NCBI GenBank assembly: GCA_963725795.1
Contig: CAVRZR010000003.1
Coordinates: 517,566 to 581,565, forward strand
Source of the DNA: an uncultured Actinomycetes bacterium
GTDB taxonomy: Bacteria; Actinomycetota; Coriobacteriia; Anaerosomatales; CAVRZR01
DNA length: 64,000 nucleotides
Reading direction: 5' to 3'
The notes beneath the pieces were generated by a model. It had not been told where the DNA came from. It was given only the letters and a program-made list of their open reading frames with translations, and searched no databases. A program made the position numbers and the translations under genes. Shown here one piece after another: positions 1 through 10,346 of this stretch (position 1 is its first letter; each line of letters opens with the position of its first letter).

Positions 1-486
1 GAAGAGTGGAGAGCCGCGATCGCGAACGGGGATGTCGACGCCGTCGTTCTCGCCCAACCGGAGGCCAGCACGGTGAGGGATAGTCTCGGAGCCAACGCTA
101 CCTTCCTGTCTGTGCAGGCAGGTCAGCCGGCGTTCACGTTGGCGATCGCCAGGAATGAATGGATTGCCGAGAACGCCGGGCTCGAACAGAAGTTCTTGAC
201 CGCACTCGCAGCCTCTGAGGAATTCGTGGCGCGGAACCCCGCCGAAGCGAAGTCGATCATCCAGGACCGGCTCGATCTGGATCCGGCCTACATGCAAGTC
301 GCATGGGCCCAGAACAGTTTCGCCCTCTCACTCGAGCAGTCGCTGATCGTCGCCATGGAAGACGAGGCACGGTGGATGATCAGAAGCAAGCTCACAACCG
401 AGACCCAGATCCCGGACATGGGACGTTACGTCGATGTTGCCGGTCTGAGCGAGGTCAAGCCGGGAGCAGTGAGCATCCAGCGATAG
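1..486 (+). CDS. ABC-transporter substrate-binding protein, NMT1/SsuA (NitT/TauT)-like; 5' end lies outside the window
   Basis: Frame 1 is open from base 1 (EEWRAAIANGDVDAVVLAQPEAS...) to TAG 484-486. The C-terminal half resembles NMT1/SsuA-type binding proteins. Family call is from memory only. Confidence 0.5.
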   Translation, partial: EEWRAAIANGDVDAVVLAQPEASTVRDSLGANATFLSVQAGQPAFTLAIARNEWIAENAGLEQKFLTALAASEEFVARNPAEAKSIIQDRLDLDPAYMQVAWAQNSFALSLEQSLIVAMEDEARWMIRSKLTTETQIPDMGRYVDVAGLSEVKPGAVSIQR

Positions 487-556
487 GCGTCGATCGATGC
501 GGATGGCCTCGACGCAGCGACGGCGAGGGCAGACCCGACCGCGAGCGTTCCGCATG

Positions 557-1705
557 CTACCGCTTGCGAACGGCGACTCGTGCAAGTGCGGCGGCGAGCA
601 CGAATGATGTCGCCAGCGCGAACGCCCACTTCACGGGCACGTACGCCGGTGCGCCCCACAGAGACGCGGCGCCCGTAGCGACGAGGAGCCAATACGCGAC
701 CGCGAGCATTGCCGGATGCGCCAGATACACCTGGTACGTGAGGGGCGACAGCGTGTGAGCTGCTCGTCTTGTGGAGGTCGCGCGTCGGGCGAGTGAAGCG
801 CACGCGCCGGCGACGCCGACCGTGATCGCCACCGTCCACGCGACACGCACCGGATAGAGCACGGCGGCTCTCCAAGGGCCGATGACATGAGTCAAGTACA
901 GCGTCTGCAGTGCGATCCCCGCCGCTAGCCATGCCGGCCAGGCTCTGATCCGCCACGGGCCGGTGACATCCGTCCTCGCTCGGCGGATCGCGTACCATGC
1001 GCCGCACACCGCGAAGGGGGAGTACGCGAGCAGGCGGTTCAGCGTCTCCGGTACGCCGACGGCGAGCTGCGGAGATCGCATCCAGATCGAGGTCGCAGAA
1101 ACGGTGATGACCAGCGCGAGAGCTGGCGATATGCGGATCACGCGCGCCGCGACGGGCGTGACCACGTACACGAGCACGACGAGCGGTACGAAGTACAGGT
1201 GGATCCATGCGGTCCCGTTCAGGAGCGCTGATACGAAACCGGCAAGTCCGTGACTCGGCGCTGCTGCCTCGGGCGGCGCGTAGCCTCCGTACCTGATCAG
1301 CCAGTAGATGGCGGACCAGGCGAGGTACGCCGGAAGCACCGCCCGAAGCCGTCGGCCGAGGAATCGCCCGTACGCTCGGATTCCGGGCGCCGGAACGCGA
1401 CTCCATACGAGGGCCCCGGTGATGAAGACGAACGCCGGTACCGAGAAGCGCGCCCACGCCCGAGACAGGTAGAGCAGGTTCCACACGTCGTCGCGCGGGA
1501 GGTTGGCTGCGGCCGCCGCGGAAGCATGAAGGAAGACTACGACGACAGCGGCGACGATGCGCATGTAGTCGAACTCAACGATCCTGTCGATGGGCGCATC
1601 GTCGAACGCCGACGGCGGCGCGCTGCGCTCGGGGCGGCGATGCTCGTCGTCGAGGACCGTCGGCACGACTTCTGAGTGCTCCGTTCTCGCTCGAGCGTCA
1701 CTCAT
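557..1705 (-). CDS. Acyltransferase family 3 integral membrane protein
   Basis: ATG at 1705; the ORF is open to 1960 but that extension is Arg-rich. Many hydrophobic spans. 'FDYMRIVAAVVVVFLHA' and 'SVPAFVFITGALV' fit the Acyl_transf_3 N-terminal signature. Confidence 0.7.
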   Translation of the reverse strand: MSDARARTEHSEVVPTVLDDEHRRPERSAPPSAFDDAPIDRIVEFDYMRIVAAVVVVFLHASAAAAANLPRDDVWNLLYLSRAWARFSVPAFVFITGALVWSRVPAPGIRAYGRFLGRRLRAVLPAYLAWSAIYWLIRYGGYAPPEAAAPSHGLAGFVSALLNGTAWIHLYFVPLVVLVYVVTPVAARVIRISPALALVITVSATSIWMRSPQLAVGVPETLNRLLAYSPFAVCGAWYAIRRARTDVTGPWRIRAWPAWLAAGIALQTLYLTHVIGPWRAAVLYPVRVAWTVAITVGVAGACASLARRATSTRRAAHTLSPLTYQVYLAHPAMLAVAYWLLVATGAASLWGAPAYVPVKWAFALATSFVLAAALARVAVRKR

Positions 1706-1722
1706 ACAGGTACGCCACGCAG

Positions 1723-2367
1723 CTACAGGGCACCGAGCACGAACGACACGCCCAGGTAGACGAGGAAGCACGCCAGCACGGCCATCACAACGCGGTATAC
1801 GGCATCGGAGAGCAAGTGCCGGCCGGCCGAGACGGCGAAGATGACGGCCGCGTACCAAGCGAGGTCCGCGAGTTCGTGGCCCACGAAGAAGGCGAGCACG
1901 CCCACGGGGCCGAACGTCAACCCTTTGATGGCCAGCGTGATGCCGATGGTCGCCCACCAAAGCGTCCAGTACGGGTTCGACAGCGAGACGATCGCGCCGT
2001 GCGCGATGGGCCCGACCTTCGACGGGTTCTCAGAGGCGTGCAGGTCGGCGACGACAGTGCCGCGCCACGCGCCCCAGAGCAGGGTCCCACCCATCCAGAG
2101 CAGCACGATCCCGCCGACGACGCTCATCACGCGGGCGACGCCCGGCAGTCGCAGTACGGATGCCAAGCCGAATGCGAAGCCGATCAAGAGCACCGCCTCG
2201 AGCAGCGCATGGCCGACGAGCATGAGCATGGCCGCGAGCCGGCCCTCTCGGAGCGTTCGTGCGATGGTCACGGTGAGGTAGGGGCCGGGTGACATCGCAC
2301 CCGACAGACCGATGATGAATGCGGCCACCGCGAGCTGCAGCGGCGAGCTGATGAGTGCTGAGCTCAC
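1723..2367 (-). CDS. LysE/RhtB-family amino-acid exporter
   Basis: 214 aa with about 6 hydrophobic segments. N-terminal 'GLSGAMSPGPYLTVTI' is the LysE-type PGP motif. Its start overlaps the upstream GT4 stop by 4 nt. Confidence 0.8.
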   Translation of the reverse strand: MSSALISSPLQLAVAAFIIGLSGAMSPGPYLTVTIARTLREGRLAAMLMLVGHALLEAVLLIGFAFGLASVLRLPGVARVMSVVGGIVLLWMGGTLLWGAWRGTVVADLHASENPSKVGPIAHGAIVSLSNPYWTLWWATIGITLAIKGLTFGPVGVLAFFVGHELADLAWYAAVIFAVSAGRHLLSDAVYRVVMAVLACFLVYLGVSFVLGAL

Positions 2368-3527
2368 GGCCGCAGGCCCGCTCCCACGCTCGCTCTGCCG
2401 GCGACGACGCGTTCGTACTCGGCGAGCAGCTGCGCGCCCGTGACGCTGACGTCGTATCGCGCCGCTGCGGCGCGGGCACCTTCAGCCAGCGTGCCGTGCA
2501 GTTCGCGGTCGGAGGCGATGGCACGCATGTTCGCGGCGAACTCGCCGGCATCCTCGGCGGAGAGCAGGCCGGAGACTCCCTGTTCGACGGTGTCCGAGAC
2601 GCCCGGCGAGCGCACGCCGACAACCGGCAAGCCGGCCGCCATCGCCTCGATGACCGTAAGCGGGTGCACCTCGGTCACCGACGCTGTCGCAAACGCGTCG
2701 CACGCGGCCAGGTAGTCGGGCACCTCCTCGTACGGGACGAGTCCAGCGAACCGGACGCGGTCAGAAAGGCCTGCCTCTCTGATCCGCGCCTCCGCGCTCT
2801 CGCGAGCGGGGCCGTCTCCGATCACCAGGAGTGCCGCATCGGTCGTCGATCCGGCCTCGATGAACGCATCAACCAGCAACGGTATGTTCTTCTCGTCGCC
2901 CACGCGGCCGAGGTAGCAGAAGACCGTCGATTGCTCGGGAAGTTCAAGCGATGCGCGCGTGCGCGGTTTGGCGGGGTGCGCGAAAGGAGCGGTGTCGACG
3001 CCGTTGGGGATGGTGATCGCGTCGTCGGTGACCTCGAACTCGCTCAGCCATTCGGCGATGCTTGCCGAAGGAGCGATCACCGCGTCGACGCGGCGCGCGA
3101 AGCGGCTGAGATAGGTGCGCAGATAGGCCATGCGCACCTCTCGCGGGACGAACCATGCGTACGTGTCCGAGTACAGGTCGTAGCGGGTGTGGTTCGTGAA
3201 GACGACCGGGATGCCGTGGGTCCTCGAGTGAGCGAGTGCGACGCGTCCCGACAGGAAGGGGTGCTGCACGTGAGCGACGTCCAGCGTAGCCATGAGGATT
3301 CGAGCTTCGGAAGAGGGCCGGAGTCCGAGCTGCCACCCCGTGTCTCCCCACGGGACGGCGGGGGAGCGCACCACGTTTCGCTCGTCGTCGGCGTAGTCCC
3401 TGTTGCCGAACGTGAAGACGTAGACCGTGTGGCCAAGTGACTCGAAGTAGCGCTTGTTGATGGCGGCGTAGTTCGTGACGCCGCTCGTATAGGGCTTGTA
3501 CATGTCGAGGAACATGCCGATGCGCAC
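2364..3527 (-). CDS. Glycosyltransferase family 4 (GT-B fold)
   Basis: 'GRVGDEKNIPLLVDAF' and 'EVHPLTVIEAMAAGLPVV' (E-x7-E region) are typical of GT4. Start taken at GTG 3527, preceded by AAGGA. The ORF stays open to 3728, so the start is uncertain. Confidence 0.8.
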   Translation of the reverse strand: MRIGMFLDMYKPYTSGVTNYAAINKRYFESLGHTVYVFTFGNRDYADDERNVVRSPAVPWGDTGWQLGLRPSSEARILMATLDVAHVQHPFLSGRVALAHSRTHGIPVVFTNHTRYDLYSDTYAWFVPREVRMAYLRTYLSRFARRVDAVIAPSASIAEWLSEFEVTDDAITIPNGVDTAPFAHPAKPRTRASLELPEQSTVFCYLGRVGDEKNIPLLVDAFIEAGSTTDAALLVIGDGPARESAEARIREAGLSDRVRFAGLVPYEEVPDYLAACDAFATASVTEVHPLTVIEAMAAGLPVVGVRSPGVSDTVEQGVSGLLSAEDAGEFAANMRAIASDRELHGTLAEGARAAAARYDVSVTGAQLLAEYERVVAGRASVGAGLRP

Positions 3528-3829
3528 GGGGTTCCTTTTCGCCGGTGATGTCGGAACGCTCGTCTCGCCAAAGCGGCGCCACTCCGATGTGCACCGGGTG
3601 CGCGGCTGCGAGGTTGTCGCCACGTACAGTATCAGAGGTGTGGCGGCGGCCTGAACAGCCCCGAGACGACTCCCCCTGCCTGCGATGATGGTACCCTGCT
3701 TTCGTCCTCCACTAGCGGGAGCTCCCATGTCACTTTCAATCGGGATCGTGGGCCTGTGCCGACGGCGATCTCATGCACTTCCGATTCAATGTCTAGCGCT
3801 TCTCCACGCGCGACGCGTTTGACGCCGGC

Positions 3830-4666
3830 ATGACAGCCGCCCTCGCAACACTCTCCGCCGCGCTGTTCGGCACGGCGGACTTCCTCGGCGGACTCGCCAG
3901 CCGTCGGCATCGTGCGCTCATCGTCACGGTGCGCTCGCAGATCGTCGGCTTCGTCGTGCTGCTCGCGGCCGCACTCGTCGTGCCGGCAGTTCCGGGCATG
4001 CGCGACGCGGGGCTGGGAGTGATCGCCGGCATCTCGGGCGGCATCGGCGTCGTCTCGCTGTACGCGGGACTGGCCACAGGACGGATGGGCGTCGTCGCGC
4101 CGATCACCGCCGCGCTTTCAGGCTCGCTGCCTGCAGTGTTCGATATTCTCCGAGGTACGAAGGTCGCCCCTCTGGGCGTGGCAGGCATAGCGCTCGCGCT
4201 CGCGGCCGTCGTCATCGTGAGCCTTACCGGCCATACGCAGGATGAGAGCGGTTCGAGCGGTCGCGCTATCGCCTTCGCGCTGGTCGCCGGTCTTGGCTTC
4301 TCCGGCTCGCTCATCTGCTACGCGAGCACCGCTAACACGAGCGGCTTCTGGCCGCTCGTTGCCGGCCGGACGACGACGATCGTGATGCTCGGAAGCGTTG
4401 CGCTCGTGACCCTCAGGAGTCTCAAGCTCGAAAGCTCTGCGCTCAAGCCGGCGATGTGGGCGGGAGCGTTCGACGGGTTCGCGAATATCGCGGTCATCAC
4501 GGCCATGCGTATCGGTCCGCTCGCCATCGCGTCCGTTCTCGCCGCTCTGTATCCCGTGATGACGGTGATACTTGCACGCTATGTCCTGGAAGAACGTCTC
4601 CACGTGTGGCAGCAAGTCGGCGTCGGCCTCGCACTCGTGGCCGTCGTGCTGTCCGCGTTGGCATAG
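3830..4666 (+). CDS. EamA/DMT-family transporter
   Basis: 278 aa and about 10 TM helices arranged as two EamA-like halves. 'FGTADFLGGLASRR' is an N-terminal motif typical of this family. Confidence 0.75.
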   Translation: MTAALATLSAALFGTADFLGGLASRRHRALIVTVRSQIVGFVVLLAAALVVPAVPGMRDAGLGVIAGISGGIGVVSLYAGLATGRMGVVAPITAALSGSLPAVFDILRGTKVAPLGVAGIALALAAVVIVSLTGHTQDESGSSGRAIAFALVAGLGFSGSLICYASTANTSGFWPLVAGRTTTIVMLGSVALVTLRSLKLESSALKPAMWAGAFDGFANIAVITAMRIGPLAIASVLAALYPVMTVILARYVLEERLHVWQQVGVGLALVAVVLSALA

Positions 4667-4675
4667 GGAAGCACG

Positions 4676-5631
4676 ATGGCCGATGGCATAGAGGTCCTGG
4701 CCGAGGCCAACGATGCAACACCGGCCTCAGATCGCCCGGCAGATACCGGCGTCGCGCTGCCGATGGTCGTCGCTCTTGCGGTGATGGTCGTGTGGGGTGG
4801 CACTCCGATCTTCACGAAGATCGCCGCCGCCGAGATCGACCCGTTGCAGGTCGGCGTGCTCCGCACCGTGATCGCGGGCGTGCTCGCCTTTCCACTGCTG
4901 CTCGTGGGAAGACAGGGGCTGCCATCCGGCCGGAAGAGGGAAGACGGCTTCTCGTGTTCTCCGCCTTCGCCGCATTCGTAGCGTTCCCGCTCCTGTTCGG
5001 CATCGGACAGGCTCGGACCTCGGCCACGCATGGGGCGCTCATCCTGGCCACGCTGCCGGTGTTCACGAGTCTGTTCGGCACGTTGCTCGAGCGCAGACCG
5101 ATTTCGGCGAAGTGGGTGGTCGGTTGCGCGATCGCCCTTGCCGGGGAGGCCGCGATCATCGTGTGGCGGCAGGCCGGCACCGGCGCCACGACGAGTGTGC
5201 GCGGAGATGTCGTCGTGCTCGTCTCCGCGGTGATCTGCTCGATGGGCTACGTTGCCGGAGCGCATCTGTCGCAGACGGGCTACGCGAGCCTCCCGACGAC
5301 GCTCTGGGGCGTGGGGCTGTCCTCGGTCGTGCTTCTGCCGGTCCTGGGCTGGACGGTCTCCCTGCACGGCTGGCCCGACGCCGGTCCGGCGGCTTGGGCG
5401 TCGATCCTCGTACTTGCGCTGCTCACGTCGATCGCCGGCTATGTCGCGTGGTACTGGGCGTTGGCGAAGGGTGGCATCAGCCGGATCGCCGGCGTCCAGT
5501 TCACGCAGCCGCTGTTCGGACTCCTGCTTGCAGCCATCGTTCTGAGCGAGCGACCGGGTCCCATCACGATGCTCGCGGCCGCGGCCATCCTCGCGGGAGC
5601 GTGGCTCGTGCAGCACTCGGCGAGGGCGTGA
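4676..5631 (+). CDS. EamA/DMT-family transporter, interrupted by one frame break near 4935
   Basis: The N-terminal half is in frame 2 (4676-4981, '...VVWGGTPIFTKIAAAEIDPLQVGVLR...'). The C-terminal half is in frame 1 ('...RLLVFSAFAAFVAFPLLFGIGQARTSATHGALI...' to 5631). Together they make one 10-TM DMT protein. Confidence 0.7.
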
Positions 5632-5788
5632 GGTCGAGAGCCCGCCACTCGCCGTTCTGCTTTCGAAACTCCGCCAAGATTGCACGGGCGCGGTTCACGA
5701 AAGCCACCCGCTCCACTAGAATGTCGACACCGGGGCGCAGTTCGACGCCCGCGCGATGCGCAGGCATCCATCGCAGCTCTCAGTCGGA

Positions 5789-5823
5789 CCAGGCAGCTCG
5801 CTTCTGATTCCTCGGCTGCCTGG
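5789..5823 (+). terminator. Putative intrinsic terminator after the EamA gene
   Basis: 9-bp stem CCAGGCAGC / GCTGCCTGG (5789-5797 and 5815-5823), followed by TTTCGTCGT. The U-tract is short. Confidence 0.35.
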
Positions 5824-5934
5824 TTTCGTCGTATCTGCTCTCCGGTGAACGGCGAGCCCAACTCGTCGTTCGGGGACGGTCAGTCGAAGCCAGATCGCCG
5901 ATGAGGCGTGAGCACAAGGAGGCGCACAGCACAT

Positions 5935-7107
5935 ATGGAGATGGAGATCGGACGGGGCAAGACCGCACGGCGCGCGTATGGGTTCGACGACATAGCGATC
6001 GTGCCGTCCCGGCGAACGCGAGACCCGCGCGACGTCGATATCACCTGGACGTTCTCGTTCAAGGGACGCGACTACACGTTCCCGCTCCCAGTGCTCGCCT
6101 CGGCTATGGACGGCGTCGTCGACCCCGCATTCGCTATCGAGATGGGCAGGCTCGGCGGCATGGCGGTGCTCAATCTCGAAGGCATCCAGACACGCTACGC
6201 GGATCCGGCGCCCCAGCTTGACGCGATCGCGTCCTTCGACAAGGAAGTAGCGACCGCGAAGATGCAGGAGATCTACAAAGAGCAGGTCAAGCCCGAGCTC
6301 ATCACGCAACGCGTGAGGGAGATCAAGGATGGCGGGGTGCTCGCCGCCGCCTCACTCACCCCGCAGAATGTGGAGCGATATATCGAAGCCGCGCTTGCCG
6401 GTGGCCTGGACATCCTCATCATCCAGGGGACCGTGCTCTCCGCCGAGCACGTCTCCAGCTACGACAAACCACTCGACCTGAACGCCTTCGTTCGCGATCT
6501 GGAGATCCCGGCGATCCTCGGCGGATGTTGCAGTTACCAGGGTGCGTTGCACCTCATGCGTGCGGGCGCTGTTGGCGTGCTCGTGGGCGTCGGCCCGGGC
6601 CACGCCTGCACGTCGCGCCGCGTGCTCGGTATCGGCGTGCCGCAGGCCACCGCGATCGCAGACGCCGCGGCGGCTCGCATGCGCCACCTCGAGGAGACTG
6701 GCACGTACGCCCACGTCATCGCCGACGGCGGGATGCGCACCGGCGGCGATCTCGCAAAGGCCGTCGCGGTCGGCGCGGACGCGATCATGATCGGCTCGCC
6801 GCTGGCCAGCGCTGCCGAAGCGCCGGGACGCGGCTACCACTGGGGCATGGCCACGTTCCACCCAGACCTGCCTCGTGGCACGCGCGTGCGAGCCGGCGTC
6901 AAAGGCTCGCTCGAAGACATCCTGCTCGGCCCGGCGCACGAGAACGACGGCACCTTGAACCTCCTCGGCGGGCTTCGCACCTCGATGTCCACGTGCGGCT
7001 ACGAGAACCTGAAGCAGTTCCAGAAGGCCGAGGTCATGATCGCGCCCTCGCTGCAGACGGAGGGCAAGGTCCTCCAGCAGTCCCAGGGCGTCGGCATGGG
7101 ACGCTAG
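5935..7107 (+). CDS. guaB3: GuaB3-type IMP dehydrogenase-related protein (IMPDH barrel without CBS pair)
   Basis: 'GFDDIAIVPSRRTRDP' and 'GVGPGHACTSRRVLGIGVPQATAI' match the IMPDH/GMPR fold, and no CBS insertion is present. ATG 5935 lies downstream of AAGGAGG; the ORF is open from 5908. Confidence 0.8.
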   Translation: MEMEIGRGKTARRAYGFDDIAIVPSRRTRDPRDVDITWTFSFKGRDYTFPLPVLASAMDGVVDPAFAIEMGRLGGMAVLNLEGIQTRYADPAPQLDAIASFDKEVATAKMQEIYKEQVKPELITQRVREIKDGGVLAAASLTPQNVERYIEAALAGGLDILIIQGTVLSAEHVSSYDKPLDLNAFVRDLEIPAILGGCCSYQGALHLMRAGAVGVLVGVGPGHACTSRRVLGIGVPQATAIADAAAARMRHLEETGTYAHVIADGGMRTGGDLAKAVAVGADAIMIGSPLASAAEAPGRGYHWGMATFHPDLPRGTRVRAGVKGSLEDILLGPAHENDGTLNLLGGLRTSMSTCGYENLKQFQKAEVMIAPSLQTEGKVLQQSQGVGMGR

Positions 7108-7119
7108 CGGGCCAGCGAG

Positions 7120-8682
7120 ATGCCGCAAAGCCCCGAGCGCATGGCCGAACGCCAGCCTACGGTCTTCGTCGTCGATTTCGGCGCGCAATACGCGCAGCTC
7201 ATCGCGCGTCGCGTACGCGAATGCCGTGTCTACAGCGAGATCGTGCCGCACAGCATCACGCTCGAAGAGATCGAACGGCGCAAGCCGGCTGCGCTCATCT
7301 TGTCGGGCGGTCCGGCCAGCGTCTATGCCGAGGGCGCGCCCAAGATGGACCCGCGGATCTACGACGCAGGGGTCCCGATCCTGGGCCTGTGCTACGGCAT
7401 GCAGCTGATGGCTCTCGACCTGGGCGGCGAGGTGCCGAAGACCGACATCGGCGAGTACGGGTTCGCCCAGCTCACGATCACCGACCCCGCTTGCTCACTC
7501 TTCGACGGGCTCGAGGTCGAGCAACAGGTCTGGATGAGCCATCGCGACAGCGTCGGCACCGCGCCCGAAGGCTTCATCGTTGCCGCCAGGACGCCCACCA
7601 CGCCCGTAGCTGCCATGGCCGACGCGTCTCGGCGCTGCTATGCGACACAGTTCCACCCGGAGGTGGCCCACACCCCTGCGGGCATGGAGATGCTGAAGCG
7701 CTTCCTCTACGACGTGGCAGGCCTCGCACCGACCTGGACGATGCTGAACATCATCGACGAAGCGGTCGAGCGCATCCGCGAGCAGGTGGGCGACGCTCAC
7801 GTCATCTGCGGCCTGTCCGGTGGCGTTGACTCCAGCGTGGTGGCCGCTCTTGTCTATCGCGCTATCGGTGACCAGCTCACGTGCGTCTTCGTCGATCACG
7901 GCATGCTGCGGCTGAACGAGGCCGAGGAGGTCGTCCACGTCTTCCGCGACCAGTTCCACGTCCCGCTGGTGCACGTGCGCGCCGAGGACCGATACCTCGG
8001 GCTGCTCGCCGGCGTGACGGATCCGGAGCGCAAGCGGGAGATCATCGGCGAGGAGTTCTGGAAAGTCTTCTTCGAGGAAGCGGTCACCCTCGAGGGCGTA
8101 CGGTTCCTCGCCCAGGGAACCCTGTATCCCGACGTCATCGAGTCCGGCCCGGGCAAGGCCGCGAAGATCAAGAGCCACCACAACCTCATCCCCTTCCCGG
8201 AGGGCGTCCACTTCGACCTCATCGAGCCGCTGCGTAGTCTGTTCAAGGACGAGGTGCGGGCGGTCGGCGCCGAACTCGGACTGCCCGACGAGATCGTGCA
8301 CCGGCAGCCGTTCCCGGGACCGGGACTCGCGGTGCGCATCATCGGCGAGATCACGCACGATAAGCTCGATATCCTGCGGGCAGCCGACGCGATCGTGCGC
8401 GAGGAGATCTCGAACTGGGACGAGAACCGCGAGGTCTGGCAATACTTTGCCGTGCTCCCCGACATCAGAAGCGTCGGCGTGATGGGCGACGAGCGCACCT
8501 ACGGTCATCCGATCATCATCCGGGCCGTCGCCTCTGCCGATGCCATGACCGCGGATTGGGCGCGTCTTCCGCACGATCTGTTGGCGACCATGAGCAGCCG
8601 GATCATCAACGAGGTAGCGGGCATCAACCGCGTCGCGTACGACATCACCAGCAAGCCGCCCGGCACCATTGAGTGGGAATAG
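7120..8682 (+). CDS. guaA: GMP synthase (glutamine-hydrolysing)
   Basis: Class-I GATase block 'LGLCYGMQL', PP-loop '[10 protein letters not shown]', and the C-terminal dimerisation end '...PPGTIEWE'. The full-length 520 aa is intact. Confidence 0.95.
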   Translation: MPQSPERMAERQPTVFVVDFGAQYAQLIARRVRECRVYSEIVPHSITLEEIERRKPAALILSGGPASVYAEGAPKMDPRIYDAGVPILGLCYGMQLMALDLGGEVPKTDIGEYGFAQLTITDPACSLFDGLEVEQQVWMSHRDSVGTAPEGFIVAARTPTTPVAAMADASRRCYATQFHPEVAHTPAGMEMLKRFLYDVAGLAPTWTMLNIIDEAVERIREQVGDAHVICGLSGGVDSSVVAALVYRAIGDQLTCVFVDHGMLRLNEAEEVVHVFRDQFHVPLVHVRAEDRYLGLLAGVTDPERKREIIGEEFWKVFFEEAVTLEGVRFLAQGTLYPDVIESGPGKAAKIKSHHNLIPFPEGVHFDLIEPLRSLFKDEVRAVGAELGLPDEIVHRQPFPGPGLAVRIIGEITHDKLDILRAADAIVREEISNWDENREVWQYFAVLPDIRSVGVMGDERTYGHPIIIRAVASADAMTADWARLPHDLLATMSSRIINEVAGINRVAYDITSKPPGTIEWE

Positions 8683-8757
8683 CCACGAAGAGAGCCACAG
8701 AGACCGCTCGTGTGTGGGCGGTGCGACGACCCTAGCGCGCACAGGACGGAGAGAGCG

Positions 8758-9033
8758 ATGAACGAGCACGCTGACGATGCCCGGGAACAGATCCTCGAAC
8801 TCAGGGGTCGCATCGACGAGATCGACTGCGCGATCGTGAACCTCCTAAACGAGCGAGCCGGGCTCGCACTTGAGATTCGAGAGCACAAGCCGGATGCGAA
8901 TCTCTCGCTCTACGATCCGAAACGCGAGGAGGAGATCTTCTCGAATCTCGCCCAGTGCAACCAGGGACCTCTGTACGCGGACAACCTGCGCGAGATCTTC
9001 TCGGCGATCCTTCACGTGATGAAGGAGCTCTGA
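8758..9033 (+). CDS. Chorismate mutase (AroQ class)
   Basis: 'ILELRGRIDEIDCAIVNLLNERAGLALEI...DPKREEEI' is the AroQ helical pattern. ATG 8758 follows GGACGGAGAG. It ends 6 nt before the DAHP synthase gene. Confidence 0.8.
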   Translation: MNEHADDAREQILELRGRIDEIDCAIVNLLNERAGLALEIREHKPDANLSLYDPKREEEIFSNLAQCNQGPLYADNLREIFSAILHVMKEL

Positions 9034-9039
9034 GCGGCG

Positions 9040-9834
9040 ATGAGCGATCGAGCTCGAGGCGTCGACGCCGTAGTCCGCGACGGCGTCGTCACTCTCATCG
9101 CGGGCCCTTGCTCCATAGAGAGCCGCGAGCAGATGCACGAAGTCGCGGCTGTCTGCGCGGAGCTCGGTGTACGCGTCATGCGAGGCGGTGCCTACAAGCC
9201 CAGGACGAGCCCGTACTCCTTCCAAGGCATGGAGGAGGAGGGCCTGAAGCTGCTGCGGGAAGCCGCCGATGCCTACGGGCTGCTCACCGTCACCGAAGTC
9301 GTTGATTCGGCGCACGCCGAGATCGTCGACGAGTACGCGGACATCCTTCAGGTCGGCACCCGGAACATGGCGAACTTCTCCCTGTTGAAGAGACTCGGGC
9401 AAGTCACCGCCGAGAGCCACAAGCCGGTGCTCTTCAAGCGCGGGATGTCGGCGACGATCGAGGAATGGCTCGCGGCGAGCGAGTACATCACGATGAGCGG
9501 CAACCCGAACGTCATCCTGTGCGAGCGCGGCATCAGGACCTTCGAGACGGCCACTCGTTTCACCCTGGACATAAGCGCGGTGCCAGTCGTGAAGAAACTC
9601 TCGCTCCTGCCGATCATCGTGGATGTCTCGCACCCGACAGGACAGGCCGATCTCGTTCCGGCGGTGAGCCGCGCGGCCGTGGCGGTCGGCGCGGACGGCG
9701 TCATGGTCGAAGTCCATCCAGATCCCCGGCGCGCCCTGTGTGACGGACCGCAATCCCTCGACCTTGCAGGGTTGCGAGAACTCACCGTCGAACTACAACG
9801 CGTAGCGGCAGCCGTCGGCCGCGTCGTGGCTTAG
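9040..9834 (+). CDS. 3-deoxy-7-phosphoheptulonate (DAHP) synthase, type I-beta
   Basis: '[12 protein letters not shown]...[17 protein letters not shown]' and 'IVDVSHPTG' are typical of KDO8P/DAHP synthase I-beta enzymes. Confidence 0.85.
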   Translation: MSDRARGVDAVVRDGVVTLIAGPCSIESREQMHEVAAVCAELGVRVMRGGAYKPRTSPYSFQGMEEEGLKLLREAADAYGLLTVTEVVDSAHAEIVDEYADILQVGTRNMANFSLLKRLGQVTAESHKPVLFKRGMSATIEEWLAASEYITMSGNPNVILCERGIRTFETATRFTLDISAVPVVKKLSLLPIIVDVSHPTGQADLVPAVSRAAVAVGADGVMVEVHPDPRRALCDGPQSLDLAGLRELTVELQRVAAAVGRVVA

Positions 9835-9905
9835 GCCAGGATCAGCGCACCCGAACGGCTCCCCGGCGCCGCAGGAATGTAGTCCGCGTCGAGAGGGGTC
9901 GACTG

Positions 9906-10112
9906 GTGGCCGACGGGTCCCCGCTCAGCCGCTTGTGCCCCCATTGCGGGGCGCCTAACGTGCTGCGATTCGGGGAATGCCACGTCTGTTCCGGCACCGT
10001 CTGCGAGCGGTGCGGCAACGTCCAGTACATCAAGGGCGAGCGCAAGGTCGTCCACGATGAGTGCCTGGAGCGGACGACCGACTCGTTCTCGATGATCAAG
10101 TTCGTGAAGTAG
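9906..10112 (+). CDS. Small Cys-rich (zinc-ribbon-like) protein, function unknown
   Basis: 68 aa with CPHC-x10-CHVC-x4-CERC plus HDEC. GC3-rich codons. GAGAGGGG lies 9 nt before GTG 9906. It has its own strong terminator downstream. Confidence 0.55.
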   Translation: MADGSPLSRLCPHCGAPNVLRFGECHVCSGTVCERCGNVQYIKGERKVVHDECLERTTDSFSMIKFVK

Positions 10113-10161
10113 GCCGATCCACGTCGGCTGCCGCGCGATGCACGACAGCCGACGGATCCGG

Positions 10162-10200
10162 GCGGGACGGGCAACCCCAGTGCCCGTCCCGCACCTTTCT
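10162..10200 (+). terminator. Intrinsic terminator of the Cys-rich mini-gene
   Basis: Perfect 12-bp stem GCGGGACGGGCA / TGCCCGTCCCGC (10162-10173 and 10181-10192) with a 7-nt loop, followed by ACCTTTCTCT. Confidence 0.6.
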
Positions 10201-10346
10201 CTGGATGCCTGCAAATGGCGAGCCGAAGGCGGGGCTGCTTCCTTCGCGGGGCGGAGCGGCCAGCCCGGCCAGCGGCGTCGGGCCGGGAAGTGGATGGTCC
10301 ACCGGCCGTCGTATACTGGCTATAGCGCGACGGTCCTGGGGGTGCC

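Noticed and set aside
5632-5934. Possible purine or guanine riboswitch in the 300-nt region upstream of guaB3-guaA.
   Set aside because: I could not find the conserved purine-riboswitch core (paired loops with UAUAAU...CUAC elements). The only clear structure is a terminator-like hairpin belonging to the upstream EamA gene.
8758-9834. Separate chorismate mutase and DAHP synthase genes as something unusual, compared with the fused AroA(G) of Bacillus.
   Set aside because: Adjacent but unfused AroQ + DAHPS I-beta is a known, common arrangement. The 6-nt gap simply indicates an operon.
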